Of a DNA stretch of 64,000 nucleotides, positions 50,101-64,000 are shown in pieces. Numbering within the stretch: position 1 is the stretch's first letter; each line of letters begins with the position of its first letter. Both the position numbers and the translations under genes were made by a program. The notes below the pieces were generated by a model. The model was not told the origin of the DNA and ran no database searches. It saw nothing but the letters and a program-made list of their open reading frames with translations. This DNA comes from Balanoglossus misakiensis (lineage: Eukaryota; Animalia; Hemichordata). The stretch covers positions 11,973,166 through 12,037,165 of the forward strand of contig CM082578.2 of the NCBI GenBank assembly GCA_040954595.2, read 5' to 3'.

Positions 50101-50597
50101 TAAATATATTTGGTTGCCACCTCTGACATGGAATCTATAGAACGCGGAGTGGAAATCCCCCCCCCCCCCCCCGAGAAAGTCGTTAGGGCTATACATTATC
50201 CACGCTGAGATATTAAGGCCGCCTTTTATAGTATTTATGTCCAGTGGATACGTTTATTAAAATACTTGATTGGGATAATTTCCATCAACTGTTCATTGCA
50301 GCCTTTTGGCATTTTGGCATTATTCTTTTCTGTACAGCGTGACGTCTGATAAGAGTAGGACACTATAATATTTAATAATTAATTGATATGTGTAATACTC
50401 ACTGGACTGTTAATAAGTCGATGATCAGATAAGCAGTAAATTATCTTTTTCTGGCGTTATTCGTTCTGCAAAATGAGAACCAGCAAATATGACACGCGTG
50501 CGTGCTTACTTGTTTACACATTCCAGGCAGACAGACAGGCAGACAAACCGAGACTGCTCTTCGCCGGTAGTTTTTGTACGTAAGAGTGAACGCATGG

Positions 50598-50639
50598 GTC
50601 ACAACATAGAGCTAGAAGCTTCTAGAGCCATGGTCATAC
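50598..50639. mobile_element. 28-bp palindromic insertion with degenerate 7-bp flanks (same type as 15600)
   Basis: gtcacaa|CATAGAGCTAGAAGCTTCTAGAGCCATG|gtcatac. Confidence 0.4.
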
Positions 50640-53600
50640 CAAATATGAAAATTCGTCCACCATAACGTATACCCTAATGTGTTCTACCCTCGTGTTTCGT
50701 GTGGCAATTAGTTTCGGTTGTGGTAGAGGTTAAAGTTCAGCTCCAGCTACATAGTTGCATCATTGGCTCCAAGGAAATGTTTTATTTACGGCCCACCCTT
50801 ACTTTTTTGCCTAATTACGCCCTCTGTGACCATACGATATTGGGGATGTGCCCCAGTCCGGTTGGACTACCTTTCTATCAGAGTAAATGTAATGCCAAAA
50901 ATGGCATAAATGGAGGGGGAGTACTCAAGACAGTTTTTAGACGTTCAAGTGCAAATCGTCGGCGTTTTTATATCTGCGTAGAGCATGTCGTTTGCGCTGA
51001 TTGTACCAACGTCACAATCTAGTTGTTTTATGTTGAGTACTTTTCACCTTGTTGTTTGTTTTACATGATGGCCGAACGTGCAACCTTGCCGCAAAGCCGA
51101 AGTATCTTACCCTACCGATGGAAAATAACCTGAAAAAATATAACAAGCTTGTGCGAGACACACAATAATAGCCACCAGTGTTGCTGTTTTCTCGTGAAAT
51201 TGCTTTTGATAGAAGAAATGCCGTAGCGCTCTAGGAAGAAGGGTATAAGCATTGGTTTGTGGTGATGGCAACATCTAAGAGACTGTCCAGGCATAATCAA
51301 TGCATAATGCACATGTAAAGCCCGCGTGGTTTAATTAACACGAGTGCTTCTCATATATCATTTCGCTACGAGGGAATACAGCACAGCAGAAATGGCAATT
51401 ACGTTTTACCACGTGCCTTGTATATCCAAGGACAGTACTTTTTTCTATACTGTGTATGGTTTATCTCAGCAATTTGTAGACAGAATAACGCATGAGATGA
51501 CCCGTATATGGTGTGTTATTTGTGTAATTCTGCTGCCACGTGTGCGAGGATGGAAATCAAAGCGGTCTGCGCTGAGCTCTATGTTATCAGCATCGGATTA
51601 CGTGTTACCTTAAAACAAGACACTGTGTCTCTGATCACATTATAACTTCTCAGACCTCAATTACGCAGTTAAGCTGGAATGGGCGAAGGAAGCTGCTTTT
51701 CCCTAGTCTGAGTCCAGTGCTGGTTTTATTTCAGTACCCCTTCGGAGCCTTGGCTTTCTGCGCTCCCCCAAGAAATGATCCAAACCCAGAAAATAGTTAT
51801 TAATGGACGTCTATTCGGAGTGTGCAGTCTAGAAAAAGATTGGTATCAAACAGCAAACATATGTTCAGGTTTCGGTTATTCAAGCACAATCACTCCACTG
51901 TGACTGTGATTCAAGATTGGAATATTTTTTTCCAGTGTAGCGGAACAGATTCTAACTCCTTTGCGCCAGACGGTCTTTTGGTCTTTTGTAAGAACATGCG
52001 CTACGTGCCTTTACAATGGCACAAGTGGCGAGCCGCGCGGAGACTCTTCCACCTCAGCTTCGCGGTTACGTCACTCGCCCGGAAGCTACAAGGAAACGAT
52101 AGAACACACAACTAATGAGTGTACGTGCATGGTCGTCAGAGTCAACACGGGGATGTGTACACGAGATTCCATAACAGGAATCCCATCTCGCTCACCGTCA
52201 CATGATACGCGACGAGTTATGAAAATTCTGCCTCGTACTGCACAGAAGCCTTCTGGCTTTGCTGGTGTCCAGTGACGGTTGGACGCTTTTCACAATTCGA
52301 TTTGCATCACGCTTCTTCGTCTATTGACATGAAAAAAACACAATATGTGTTGATAACCCAGGGCTTGAAGTAGCTGACTCATTTCATGATTTGTTAGGGA
52401 AAAAATCTTAATGGAAAGACTCACCTTAACAAGGACAGATCATTCGGGAAAAACGCGGAGGGAAGGGGGGGGGGGGGCAAGACAGACATTAGTCTCACCA
52501 GTGACAAATCACCATAATACCAGTTAATAATGTTCTGTTACAAGTAACCAGCAGATATCATTTTCCCACGTGCGCAAAAAGTCCCACAAGTCACTGCAGT
52601 ATATGATTCTATGAGTCGACTGCGACTGCCTTTGCTATCGACGCAGTTGTGGATATTTAAGAAGAAAAAACGCGTGATGTATACCCAAATGTTAAAGAAA
52701 ACAGTGTGTCAAATTGCCATTTGGAGCATTTCTGAACATGGACCCCACCATCCGTGCAATTTACACATATTCATACGCGGCTTGTGTTCGATTCTGTGCA
52801 TACCGAGGAGATTAGATAAACATCCAATTCATAAATTCACGTTCACTTGACCAAATACCATGCATGCACCTGTTGGAGCTTGGTTTTCAAAGTTTGTTTG
52901 GCCTTTGTGCGTGCACAGAACCAAACAAAAGCCATCGATGGATATGCGCTCTTTGCATGAATGGTAGATTCAGGTTCAGAAAATGTGTTCCAAAGGGACA
53001 TTACTAAAACAATTGAGCTGAGGCTATGCCACCTTTCTTCAGTACAGCTGTTGCAGAGTTATATTTTGAACAATGCACCACGTTAACACTCCTCCACAGC
53101 AAAAGTTTTATTGGGTCATCCACCTGAGCTTGAGTGCGATATTCTGGGTTTTAACTCTCTCTCTCAATGTACTGCGTTGGTTCGGCAGCTGACAATGACT
53201 TGCGCGGTGGCGCCTGAGGCATACCAGTACATTCTTTATCTTTCCAGTTTTGCCAAAATAACATTAATTTCACTCTTTTACTGATTAAAAAAACTGTACA
53301 GCATAAAGCAGTTTGCTGCAAGGTCAAAGGTCGTGAAATATATACATAGTCACGCTAAAAACAAAAACGTGACCTTTTCACCCGTAGTTGTCCGTTATGA
53401 ATGATCTCGTTGGGGGCACCAATATGGTGTAATTTATACGTCCACAGTGTACATCTGTCTAATTTTAATCAGTAATCATTTATAAATATCTTGTTTCGAT
53501 GATGGAAAATATAATTCACAATTCACAATTGTTACTGATGTTAATATTGATAATAATCAAATGCGTGTAAGCCAAACGTCTGCCTTGAGTTAATCCATAA

Positions 53601-55743
53601 ATTTGTCCCACTTTCGATGTACTTCCAAAGAGTAAAAATTTCATTCTTCTTTTAATATGATTCATGACTGACGATATAATGTACATGTGTCGACCCATTT
53701 CGCGTGTCAGGATGACGCGTTCTATGACGATTTCTGTTTTTCTTTCAGTTGAAAGAAAACACATATTTTACGCGCTTACAAAAAAGAAGAAAATATCAGG
53801 CATAATTTTAACCATATGTTGGAGAACCCTCTGATAAAAATCACGAAATGGAATGAAATTATACACTAAAATGTTTTAGACGAGGGAAATGTTTAAATGA
53901 AATCCAAGCCAACTAATCCGTCAGTAAGTTGTACGCGGATATTTTTGTACTGGCGCAGTCGTCCGAATTTAGTGTCTTACTCTTCCAGAATAGAAAGAGT
54001 TCCGCGTATAACCTGTTAGAGACTTCTATTCTCAGACTCGAATGAGCTACTTCCGACCGTTCTTTGGGAATGCTATGTGCGCATGATGCGTGGCAAACTT
54101 CACCCCCTCGACAACCAGTTGTAGTAATCGGAATTTGAGTGGCATGCTTTTTAGCGAATTTCGATTCTGAGTACAATAAGTGGGGTTTTAATTCAGCTGT
54201 GAAGGCAAATTAACCATCATCGCAAAAATAGAGGAAGGTTTGAATTAGAGGACTTTACACACCCAGCTATACCGGTAATTAAAACTGTCCAACTATAAAG
54301 TTGAAACCGGTGTACAGATAATTGCTATTTACAAAGGTCCCATTTCCAGTATGGAAAGGTGGTGGCAGGTACGTTGAGGGAAAATTTCATTACCCGCAAA
54401 TGAAATTTTAGGTACAGTTTCTTTAGACCCGCCACTCTTACTGATACATGTACTGTGATACTGACTACAAACGTAGGGTTAAAATGATCGGGATAGTTCG
54501 TCAGTGCAGAGACTTTCTATATAAGTTTGTATTAAAAAATACCATTCCTTTGACTTTAATGCACACCATGTGCCCAAAGGTAACGCAGTAGTACATTATC
54601 TGTCATTGATAGAGAAACCCATTTGCAGTTTAAATTGCGCAAGTCTTAGTTTTGACGGCAAATAGGGAAATAATTTTAACTTTTTAATACTGTCGTTTAA
54701 TTCGAAAAAAAAACATCTACAATGTAATTACTTTAGGACGTGATAGAAAATAACAGTCTCAGTCGGTGGAAATTTGGTTTGAGTTTTTTTTACGGTGACT
54801 TTATTTTTCACTCTAAATACAAGACATTGACCGGACCGAGTATAGGAGAGTTCTCGGAAATACACAAAATATTGACGACGGAAATATCGCTTTTCCTTCA
54901 AAGATGTGAAACTCTAAGCGCCGATGTTTTATTGATTAAAGATGTAAAGTGTTGCATAATTACGCCTCCCTTTCACAAAGAAACAACGGGAGCCGCGTTC
55001 AGGTCGCTCGAAATGCCATCATTTGAGGTGCCGAAAGAGAAGCGAATCCCAAACACTGAATGAGGCGTATTACTCATTGCGCATTCGTGTTAATGGGCGT
55101 GCAGCGATCGATAGCATATTCGCAAGAAATGCGTTTGATTCCTCGTCTGGTCCGGCTAAGTGTACAGTATTCGTATATATCTGCCCGCGGGCGGCTGTTA
55201 AACGCAGCAAGGGGCTCCATCAGTTAAGTAATACGACTGCGGCGCACTTCTCGTGAAAACACCTTGTAAAGTGGGCACGACATCACAAAAGACACACTTT
55301 GTCGCCTCCTTTTGCAAATCGAAGCAATAAGCCGCCCAAAACATCAAATTTAACCGCCGTTTTTTTATTTGAAGACGTAATGTTATGTTGGGAATATAAC
55401 CCTTTTAACAGTCACACACCGTTTGCTAAACAAATATCGATCACTTCATCAGCGCGGTCTTCAATATCAAACACGATGTTTATTACAACGACTGATAACA
55501 TTTTAAAATCTTTTTTATTTTTTTGTTTACCCTTTCATGGGGGCTTCCCGTATTTAATTTCCAATGTTGCCGTGTGTACAAAAACAAAATCTTCAATATC
55601 GATGAATTCAACAGGTGGACTACACGTATACATGTTCCTTGTAGCAAAAAACAGGCGGTGTTTTTCCTCCTTCCAGAAAACGATAATCTCTTGATTTCCG
55701 CCATCACGATAGACGCGTATCATATGTTACTTTTTAAGGAGAG

Positions 55744-55777
55744 ACTTTGCATTACGCGTAACTTTGCATTACGCGTA
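55744..55777. repeat. Perfect 17-bp tandem duplication (actttgcattacgcgta x2)
   Basis: Direct reading. Confidence 0.9.
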
Positions 55778-58700
55778 AAACGTTCAAATACTTGGATGTT
55801 GGTAATTTTACCTCCGTTGTGAGATTAAATATGTTGTCTCTCGCACAGGTTCGGGGATTGCGAGCGCTTCTTGGAAAAAACATGTGGTAGATTAATTTTC
55901 TGGGGGAAAGAACGGTTATTGGGCTTGTCCCCTGCCTTCCATAGTGTCAGTAATTGGCAGAGTGAAAGTATGTAATTTCCATCGGTTGGTTGGTTGATGT
56001 AACACTATGCCGTACCTACTGGAACGTTCACTCAAACACTGACAGCTAGCTGAGAGTGGTAGGCGGACAAACAGAACTAATCAAAATAAGGCATCGAGTT
56101 GAGCCCTGTGAAATAAACGCGAAGATGTCTCGCCTTGATGATTAATTTGGTCGTGGCAAACTCAAAACGACTGGGACTTTGGAGAGCTTGTGGATAAAAT
56201 TCAAATTAGACGCTTTTAACGAGAGTTTATAATCTTCAGCAACCACCCCTCATCGCGGGTTTCCTCACATAATTTTTGTTTAAGAAAATTGCCCGTAATA
56301 ACCGCCGTTTCCATGGCGACACGCTTTTGACAAATTGATCTTTAACTGCAGTATACATTGCATCAAGCACGGCCGTTGGTGATTGCAGCTAGTGGCAGAC
56401 AGACGCTCACTCGTGATTTTTTTCTCCTTTTTTGGATTGGTGATTCTGCTTTGATGTATCGATGGATCAAGTGGCGACACGTTCTTGTTTTTTTTTCTCT
56501 CACAATCAAAACTGTTACGCCCTTTTATTGTATAACTCAATCGCCACTCGCATTTCAGAGCACAGCTCGCTTGGAAATTAGGGAACAGAATCTCCGCGAT
56601 TTATACAATTAGGTTCTAGGTTAGATTAACTGGCGCTTTTGAGACAATGTTCGGGACAATTTACTTGCGCAGTTTCTCACTGCGTCCGGCGATTCTCCAA
56701 TTCCTTGGCTTGTAGCTGCTTGTTTAGTCTCCTTCTTTTCCCCTTCCAATCGTACATTCCAAAAGTGTGCAATCAACGGTTGTTGTTTTGCATCACACGC
56801 AAAGGTAATAACGACAGTGAAATCAAGCGTTGTTTATAATCATGGTGCGTATACTGATAATCTTTTTCTCTGATTTTAATCAGTCTGTATATTTAAAAAA
56901 TATAACTTGACATAGCGCGATATGGCCATGGGTGCGCCAGCCCTGCGTGCTGTCACGCTATCATTACTAGTCCACGTGGGTACAAGAAGAGCATTTTAGG
57001 CAATAGTTTTATAGATTTTAGCCAAACATTAGTTTGTGTAGCGTATGGCTTTAATGTACATGTATGTACAGGACTGTGTGTTTTCACTCCGACGGTCTTG
57101 CAGTCAGAGGGTAATTCACTCGCATTGCTATGTCCACATACTTACCGTCATTTGCCGAACTGCTGCCTTTCTAAGAGTTGTTTGCGTGGCCGTTAGGTAC
57201 TATAGTATAGGTTTAACCTTAAACATTCTGCAAACAACTTTGTAGACAAATGCGACGCTCTGACGATTGCGCCGGTTCTGTTCCGCAGAGACTTTGGGGA
57301 ATCCGAATGTGATTTAAGCGATAGTCAATCGTTAGCCGCTCCCCAGAGCTCAATTATAGGGCTTTCAAATTATTCGAATTGGTACGACGATGACCTTCGT
57401 TATGTGCTCGTTTCTCCGTGGCACATCTGCACGATAACGGGCTGTGTAAACAGATTACGCGCAGATAAAACGACCGTATACTCAGTTGTTTTAGGGAAAT
57501 CGTATCAGATATATTGTCTTCAACCATTCGTCAGTCAATCATCTTTGAGTACTACGTCGCCCAATTTTAGAAATCTATTAGGATTTTCCATTAAAATCTT
57601 AATTATCTATAAAAAGAGAGAGAGATAGAGAGAGAGGAGTTGATCCTTTTTTTGGAGTTGCGAGCTTCAGTATGTGTGCAATTTATTTCAAATCATCAAA
57701 AGGGGCGTCGAATGGATTTCATTAATTTTAACGTTCTAAATTCACGACACTGTACGCAACATTATACAACTGAATGGTCGTACTAAAGATGATTATAAAT
57801 TCCTCGGAAGGAGGTTAACAATCCCGACCTTGCCTACAGTCTCATAAATGGACTCATTTGAATGCTGTTATTTTTTTTACACTTTTTTGAATCTTTTCGC
57901 TCCTAACAACAAGCTAATGGTTTTGACATAAAGATTTTATTTTACATACCGCGTCGGAGGCAGCCCTTTCGCCATTTGATATTTGATAAGGAAATAACTA
58001 AGTTCAGTAGTGAAGTAGTCGCCAAAACAAGTACTGTTTCCGGCAATGCAATCCGTTTTACGACAAAACACAGCCCAACTGATATTATTTTATATTACGC
58101 CGTGTTTTACGTTGTGTCATGATAAGTTATGGCGAGTCATGTACTCAAAATAGATTGCTATGGTTACCGAGACCTCAGATCAAAACAGTACTAACATCCC
58201 GCTTATCAGTGCCGAAACGAGTTTACTTCAGGTTGCAACCAGCGCCCTACCACGTGACCAGGTTTGGTCATTTATGTAGTGAGCCCAAAGAAACTTTTCG
58301 ACAAACTTTAGTTCTCTTGCAAAACGAAAATAAAGAACCTGTAAACAACAGAGAATCAATTCGGTTCCAGCAAAGACGTTTTCGCTTCGTCTTATGATAA
58401 ACCTAGTGCACCGATGTCCACGCCATCGCGAGATTCTCCCTGTTCCAGCGTCTTAGAAAAGCTCCAAGCAGGGATTAGGTTAAGTAACGGCCTACTCTAC
58501 TAGATAAGAACAATGATAACACTATCGCAGCCTTCTGTGTAATTTGCAACTGCAAACAGCGTGGATCGACATCGTACATGCCGGGCATTTAGGGCCTTTT
58601 GAAGGACACGTTTCCTTCAAAGGCTTGTCAGCGAAGCTGAAAATCGAAGATAAAGGAATGATAAACACCGAACAAGCACCAACAGACGGCCGTTCTGTTT

Positions 58701-61700
58701 GTGTGATTTTCTGTTCTAGATTTCTGTCCCTGGTTTGTTAATAGGCTACGACACATAACGCTCAGCCTTAGAATAGGTGTGCGCATTACTGCGTACACAC
58801 GGGATTTGAAAATGTCACCTACTATTACATGAAAGGGCTATTTCTTTAACTAACATAAGCACTAACTTAAAGCGTTTGCCGATTTTGTTAACAAACACAT
58901 TGTGATATGCTGAAACGTTCAGGTTCTCCCCATGGGTCTTCTTGTGCGATCCAAGGCAAGAAAACAGTGCAATTATAACATAAGTAAGGTAGCCAGATTA
59001 CTAAACAATCCGGGAACACTAGTTGCGGAGCGCGAGAAGTACAAAAACCTACGTCGGAAAGTGTTTGACTCTAGTGACAGGTCAAGCGTGAGACGGGTGA
59101 ATTCAGGACTGCATCTACAGTCCAAACCATGGGACACAAGCAAACAGAAGCAATTAATAGTAAAACTCGGTCGTTCGTGGAATTGGATCAATTTAACCCG
59201 TAAATTAAAAATCGATCCACTTTGTGTTCCAGTCGTCAGTCACGATTGCGACGCCTGCAACGCAAGAGTTTTTTATTTTTGGATGCAGATTGCAATCGCC
59301 CACTGATTAAATGCCGCTGACGGTGTGAGTTTATATAGAGTCCAGGACAGAAATAATCGTGCATGTTACCCGTTTTTTTAACGTTTTGTTAAAACACAAT
59401 GTAATTTTGATACGTGTTTGTCAATGTTGATTAGTTGCTTGATTGGACTTGGGTTCTTTTTTGTGTGTTGCACAAATACTATGATGAATTAATTCCAGTA
59501 TTGAAGCGATGTTCACTTAACCCCGCCACACACAAAGTCATCTGCACAACGCCATCTTTAATATCTTTAATAACATATTAAAAGGCTTTTTTATTTGTGT
59601 GTGCCCTTTACTGTCATAGGTCAGCAGTACTTTTGTGTTGTAACAAGCACACGCTGTAAGACAAAGAATGTATTGCTTGTTACCGCGCCAAAAGATGTGT
59701 ATCGTTTGGTTCTGGTCGGGTGTCCAAGAAAACATTCACCGTCCAACTGAACTTACTGCACGATATAAGCTTAGAAGTGTCAGCATTGACAACAACAGCA
59801 CCACACTCGTGTTTTTGTTAAAATCTGGTCAGGTCTGTTTCTCTAAATCAAATCAAATAACGCAATTTTGAAGACAGCAAACGACACACCAAAAAGACTG
59901 GATATCGAACGTCGTGATGTAATACAATACACGTCATGTTTACAGTACCACGAGGCTCTATTCTCCGAGAAGCAGAAATTTGAATATCGACAGAGTTTCT
60001 CTAAAAGTCCATTTCCGCTCCCATAAAACTGAAAACACGCCACGTTTCTATTAGTGCTGCGTTCTTTTGTAATTCGTACTGTGAACAGGTGGATTTCGTC
60101 GAGAGTGATTTGTGGCGTTATATGAATGCATTGTGCCACCGTTCTCCCTCCTCGCTCCATTTGAATGGCAGCGCTGTCTCCGCACTCAGGCGCGAAAAAA
60201 TCATGTCGTCAATATGGCACGTCAGGTGACGAACGTATCGCTGGCTCTGAACGCTTCCGTCTCCAGTCTCGCCATTCTGGATGATTTTTTTCTTTCACTT
60301 GTGTGTGGAGGTAATTCGTCGAGTGATGGTATCGTGCATCGAGTGCAGCAGACAGTCGACCATTGCGTCAGAAATAATCGCCAGACCAATGATGTGCTAA
60401 AAATACAAATCACCTTTTGACCCGAGGTATTGACGCATCGGTATAACAGCCGTGTATTTTACGAAATGTATATTTCACTGATCCGTCAAATTTTAGACAT
60501 TAATCGATTCACTGCCTTATGCCAAAAATGGTAACATTTTAATTTCTGTTCGAGTTTTAGTTTCGTGTCCATGTACACGGATTTGCCAAGTGTGGTACTA
60601 AGGACAAAATCTGCCAAGACTGATCCGGATGTACGCATTTCAAGTAAAACGTTTAAAATAACACATAATATTTACATGCATATATATTCGGCATATGGTA
60701 CTTGCAATGTCAGCACTATCGCATAGCAACATTCTCAAAACGTCACATTGTGGTGAATTTACATGAAAATCAGTGCGATCTTCTCGTTGTTGTTGTTGTT
60801 GTTGTTTTTTTGGGGGGTGTTTATAGTCATGTCCTTGTTGAGGATTCGATGTGAGGTTTGTCACGGAATATGAATCATCTATACTTTGAATTTAGTTGGA
60901 GCAAACGATCATCGATCAGACACGATAGTGTTTAAATATATACTGATCTCGTCTGTTAAATCTGTAAGCAGCATATTGCTCATACTATTTTGTACATCAA
61001 ATTTAATGAACAAAAAATACGTGTTTCCACCGACCCATCAACCCGTCCACACACGCAGATATATTTAAATTGGTTATTTCTGAAATACTATTTCGGTCAA
61101 AATTCAGCAAGATAAATCTCCATATACCGAACACGTAAACAGCCATTTTTCAAAACGCTAAACGAAAAATCGTCTTACTCCGGCACGTGTCAGACACACA
61201 CGAATCAGACGCATGTATAGGCTGCACAGAAAAGAATATGGTCCCAACAGCCAGGATAGTAATGTATGCCTTACTACGCCCTGGGTAACATCAAAAAACG
61301 GCGAGAAAATGTGAACTCTTCAGTGAAATTACTGGGAAGTACTTTGTAATCCCATATCGCCATATGACGTGTTGGCGGGACCACAGATGTGTCGAATAAC
61401 GACACAAATCGATCAGCCCCAGTTTAACCCTTCTTTGCATGCAACCAATTGTTAGACAATGATCAAGCAAGCTTGTTATACGTAAGAGTAATCGTCGTGT
61501 ATTTTTACCGACATCGTTTACTGTGGCTTGAAATCTAAATTTATCACTGGTTTGTCCTGCTGAGGTTTTTTTGTGTCATGATGCGATTACTGTGGCCGTC
61601 TGTGTAATTACATCATCGCCAATTAGTCATATTGCAACTGACTCGCGAGTGTGTGGTATACCTCCCACCGACTTCCAAACGTTGCGTTTTAAATTCAGAC

Positions 61701-64000
61701 TGGAAAACCTCCAGTCGGGAAGTGCCGTACCCGACCCCAGCATTCACAATCTCCCCTAAAATACGCCAGTTATTCCCGTCTTATGCACAGCACTTTTACT
61801 GTCACGGCTGCATCTTCATCTTCATGAACCCCCCGCGATGAACTATGCATAGGAGTCACGCGAGGTGACGCCTGGACTAATCCAATTCAGATTAGATCGC
61901 CAAATAATATGATTTTACTGTCGGCATCGTCTCGGATATCGCTTTTAAACTTAGTTCACGGGAAATGTCAAATGTTATGATCATATGCTGTCATCTCTAG
62001 TCTTGTGCCCCTCTGCACAGATTCTACCTAGAGATAGAGTTAATTACCGTATCATTTCATGCTAACTGATTTGTTATGCAGAATCTCACATTACACGCTC
62101 AATATTGTATTCAGCCCACGGATTCATGATCGGATTATCGGCGCTTCGTGGGATTATATTGGCATTTAAGTGAGTTTGAAATGATTCTCTCTCAGTCTCT
62201 CTCGCTCCCTCCTTTCCTCCCCTCCCACCCACCCCCTCACCCCTGTCTTTCTCTTTTTTAATCAGTTTGTATTACCTGTCCGATTCTTACTTTACCTTGA
62301 TCAAATGGGGGCACAACCCAAGTCAATGTACTCTATAGATATATCCTTGTTTACGGTGAACAAATTGAGACTGTTTTAAATGAAAAGTGAAAGGGGGTCG
62401 CTGTGCGACGTTCTGTGATCAAACTGACAGTAACCTGTGAGCGTCATGACCGAAAGTGACCCGCAACCTATACAAAAGAACATTTCTATTGTATCAGTCA
62501 CATTCCATTAGTTAATGATTGCACAGGGCTCCATCTGTTCCATTAAAAATATATAGACTACAGTGCCTCCTTCACACGGGGAGTACACCAGATATATGCT
62601 GAATTTTCTACTAGCAGAATAATACGATAGTGTTTCCGTTGAAAGTGCGCTCGGAATGCATCTGAAACTTAAGAAGGCGTTTGTCGTATGCCAGCGGACT
62701 GTTTGTAGAATTGAATACGAAAAACAACGCGAAAATACAATCCAATAACCTCCAGTCGCTAATAACCTGTTCGCCGATCTTTGGACGTTTCTTGATTTGG
62801 GATAAGTAACTGTTCATCTAAGTACATGTAGTTCAGTCGGTCTCATTTGAGTGACGTTCCCATGGCAACAATCTTTGAGATAGAGCGAAGACTCTCCCAT
62901 CCTATAACCCCCATCTCTTGAACAATTTCCCAAACTAAAATATCTGCAGACGTATACACTACATGTACACAGGGGGAGCTGACAGTAGGTCTCATACAAC
63001 CTGACTGAAAGCTTAAAGGGTTAATCTCGAGCTTGCTTCAGCCTTCTATAGCTAGCACTTACCTCTTTATGTGAAAGTTTGGCCAGACAATCGGTTCTTT
63101 CATCCCGTATTTGCGGTTTGCCTCAATGCGGACTTAATACCATATTTCCCCAAAATCCCAAATCCCACATTTTCTCACCTTTTACACAAACGTCTTTTGA
63201 AATAAAACGATTAACGCAGCCACAGTCCCTCTATTACATTATCTATTATTGAGGGACCGTGGCTCAGTTCTTCTGGGGTATTTTGGCTTAGTTTGATTCA
63301 GAACGGTTTAAAAACTGTTAATAAGTGTCTTGTGTGACTGCAACTGCTCTCTACTATTTGATTACAATAAACCTCTTGAAGTACCAGGCAACATTTTAAA
63401 GGGGATGGACTGGCGTGTGTTTAGGATTATCAGGAAAAGAAGAAGATGCCTAGAATCCTCACGTGGCATCGTTACCGACACGAATTCCGCCTCTTCACGA
63501 GTGAGAGCCCGACCACGTTGCCGCGCTTTTTTTTCTTTCTTTCTCACTATGATTTATTCAGTGATTTATTGAATGATTTATTGAATGGTCGGACGTCGAG
63601 TGAAATTTATGTGAAAGGCGGTTCATTATGGACGCTTCATCGGCCACCAAACATGTCAAGTCATCAGCGGCAACGGCAGCAGACTTCTCAGCTACCGCCA
63701 TCTTTGAATTTCAATGACGTTGACAGAACGGCGATGGTAAATTGAAACTCCGAGTACTTCTGGGTATACGCGGTGCCGCAGATGGGCGTGATATTTAAAA
63801 TCTCCCCGGCGAGATCCTCGCGTTCAGCGCGCGGCAAAACAAACCTAGCATGAATTGATGCCCATCTAATCACATAGCCGATTGGAGTAGAATTTTTTTA
63901 AATTTAAATATTGATTTCTTAACTGACGGGTGTCAAAATTAGAATCATTCACACTCTAAAACACATGACAAAGCAGCGCTACCAAAAGGTCGTAATTGTT

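Noticed and set aside
63248-63275. tRNA or tRNA-derived SINE (A-box-like gtggctcagt)
   Set aside because: No B-box or cloverleaf follows.

Overview
Eukaryotic, intron-rich animal DNA, most consistent with a marine invertebrate such as a non-vertebrate deuterostome (taxon is inference). There are no prokaryotic features. I reconstructed four genes by hand from GT-AG splice sites with matching phases. (1) and (2) are two tandem Shisa-like single-pass membrane genes on + (1-735, 5'-truncated by the window; 1695-2833). (3) is a complete 27-exon, ~3122-aa giant non-classical cadherin on - (29210->3463). It has ~20 EC repeats, a four-fold tandem frame-preserving three-exon cassette, a predicted Ca2+-free hinge, an RRLL-containing membrane-adjacent domain, one TM and a very long cytoplasmic tail. 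(4) is the first four coding exons of a GlyR/GABA-A-type Cys-loop receptor on + (41169-47128), divergent from the cadherin. It lacks the carboxylate-binding loop-D Arg and carries an Asp in loop E, suggesting a non-amino-acid ligand. Non-coding DNA holds a decayed Penelope-like element, tiny palindromic insertions resembling P-element excision footprints, a CACCTG E-box repeat cluster, many RFX X-box matches and microsatellites. Most short ORFs in the supplied track are shadows or intron read-throughs.
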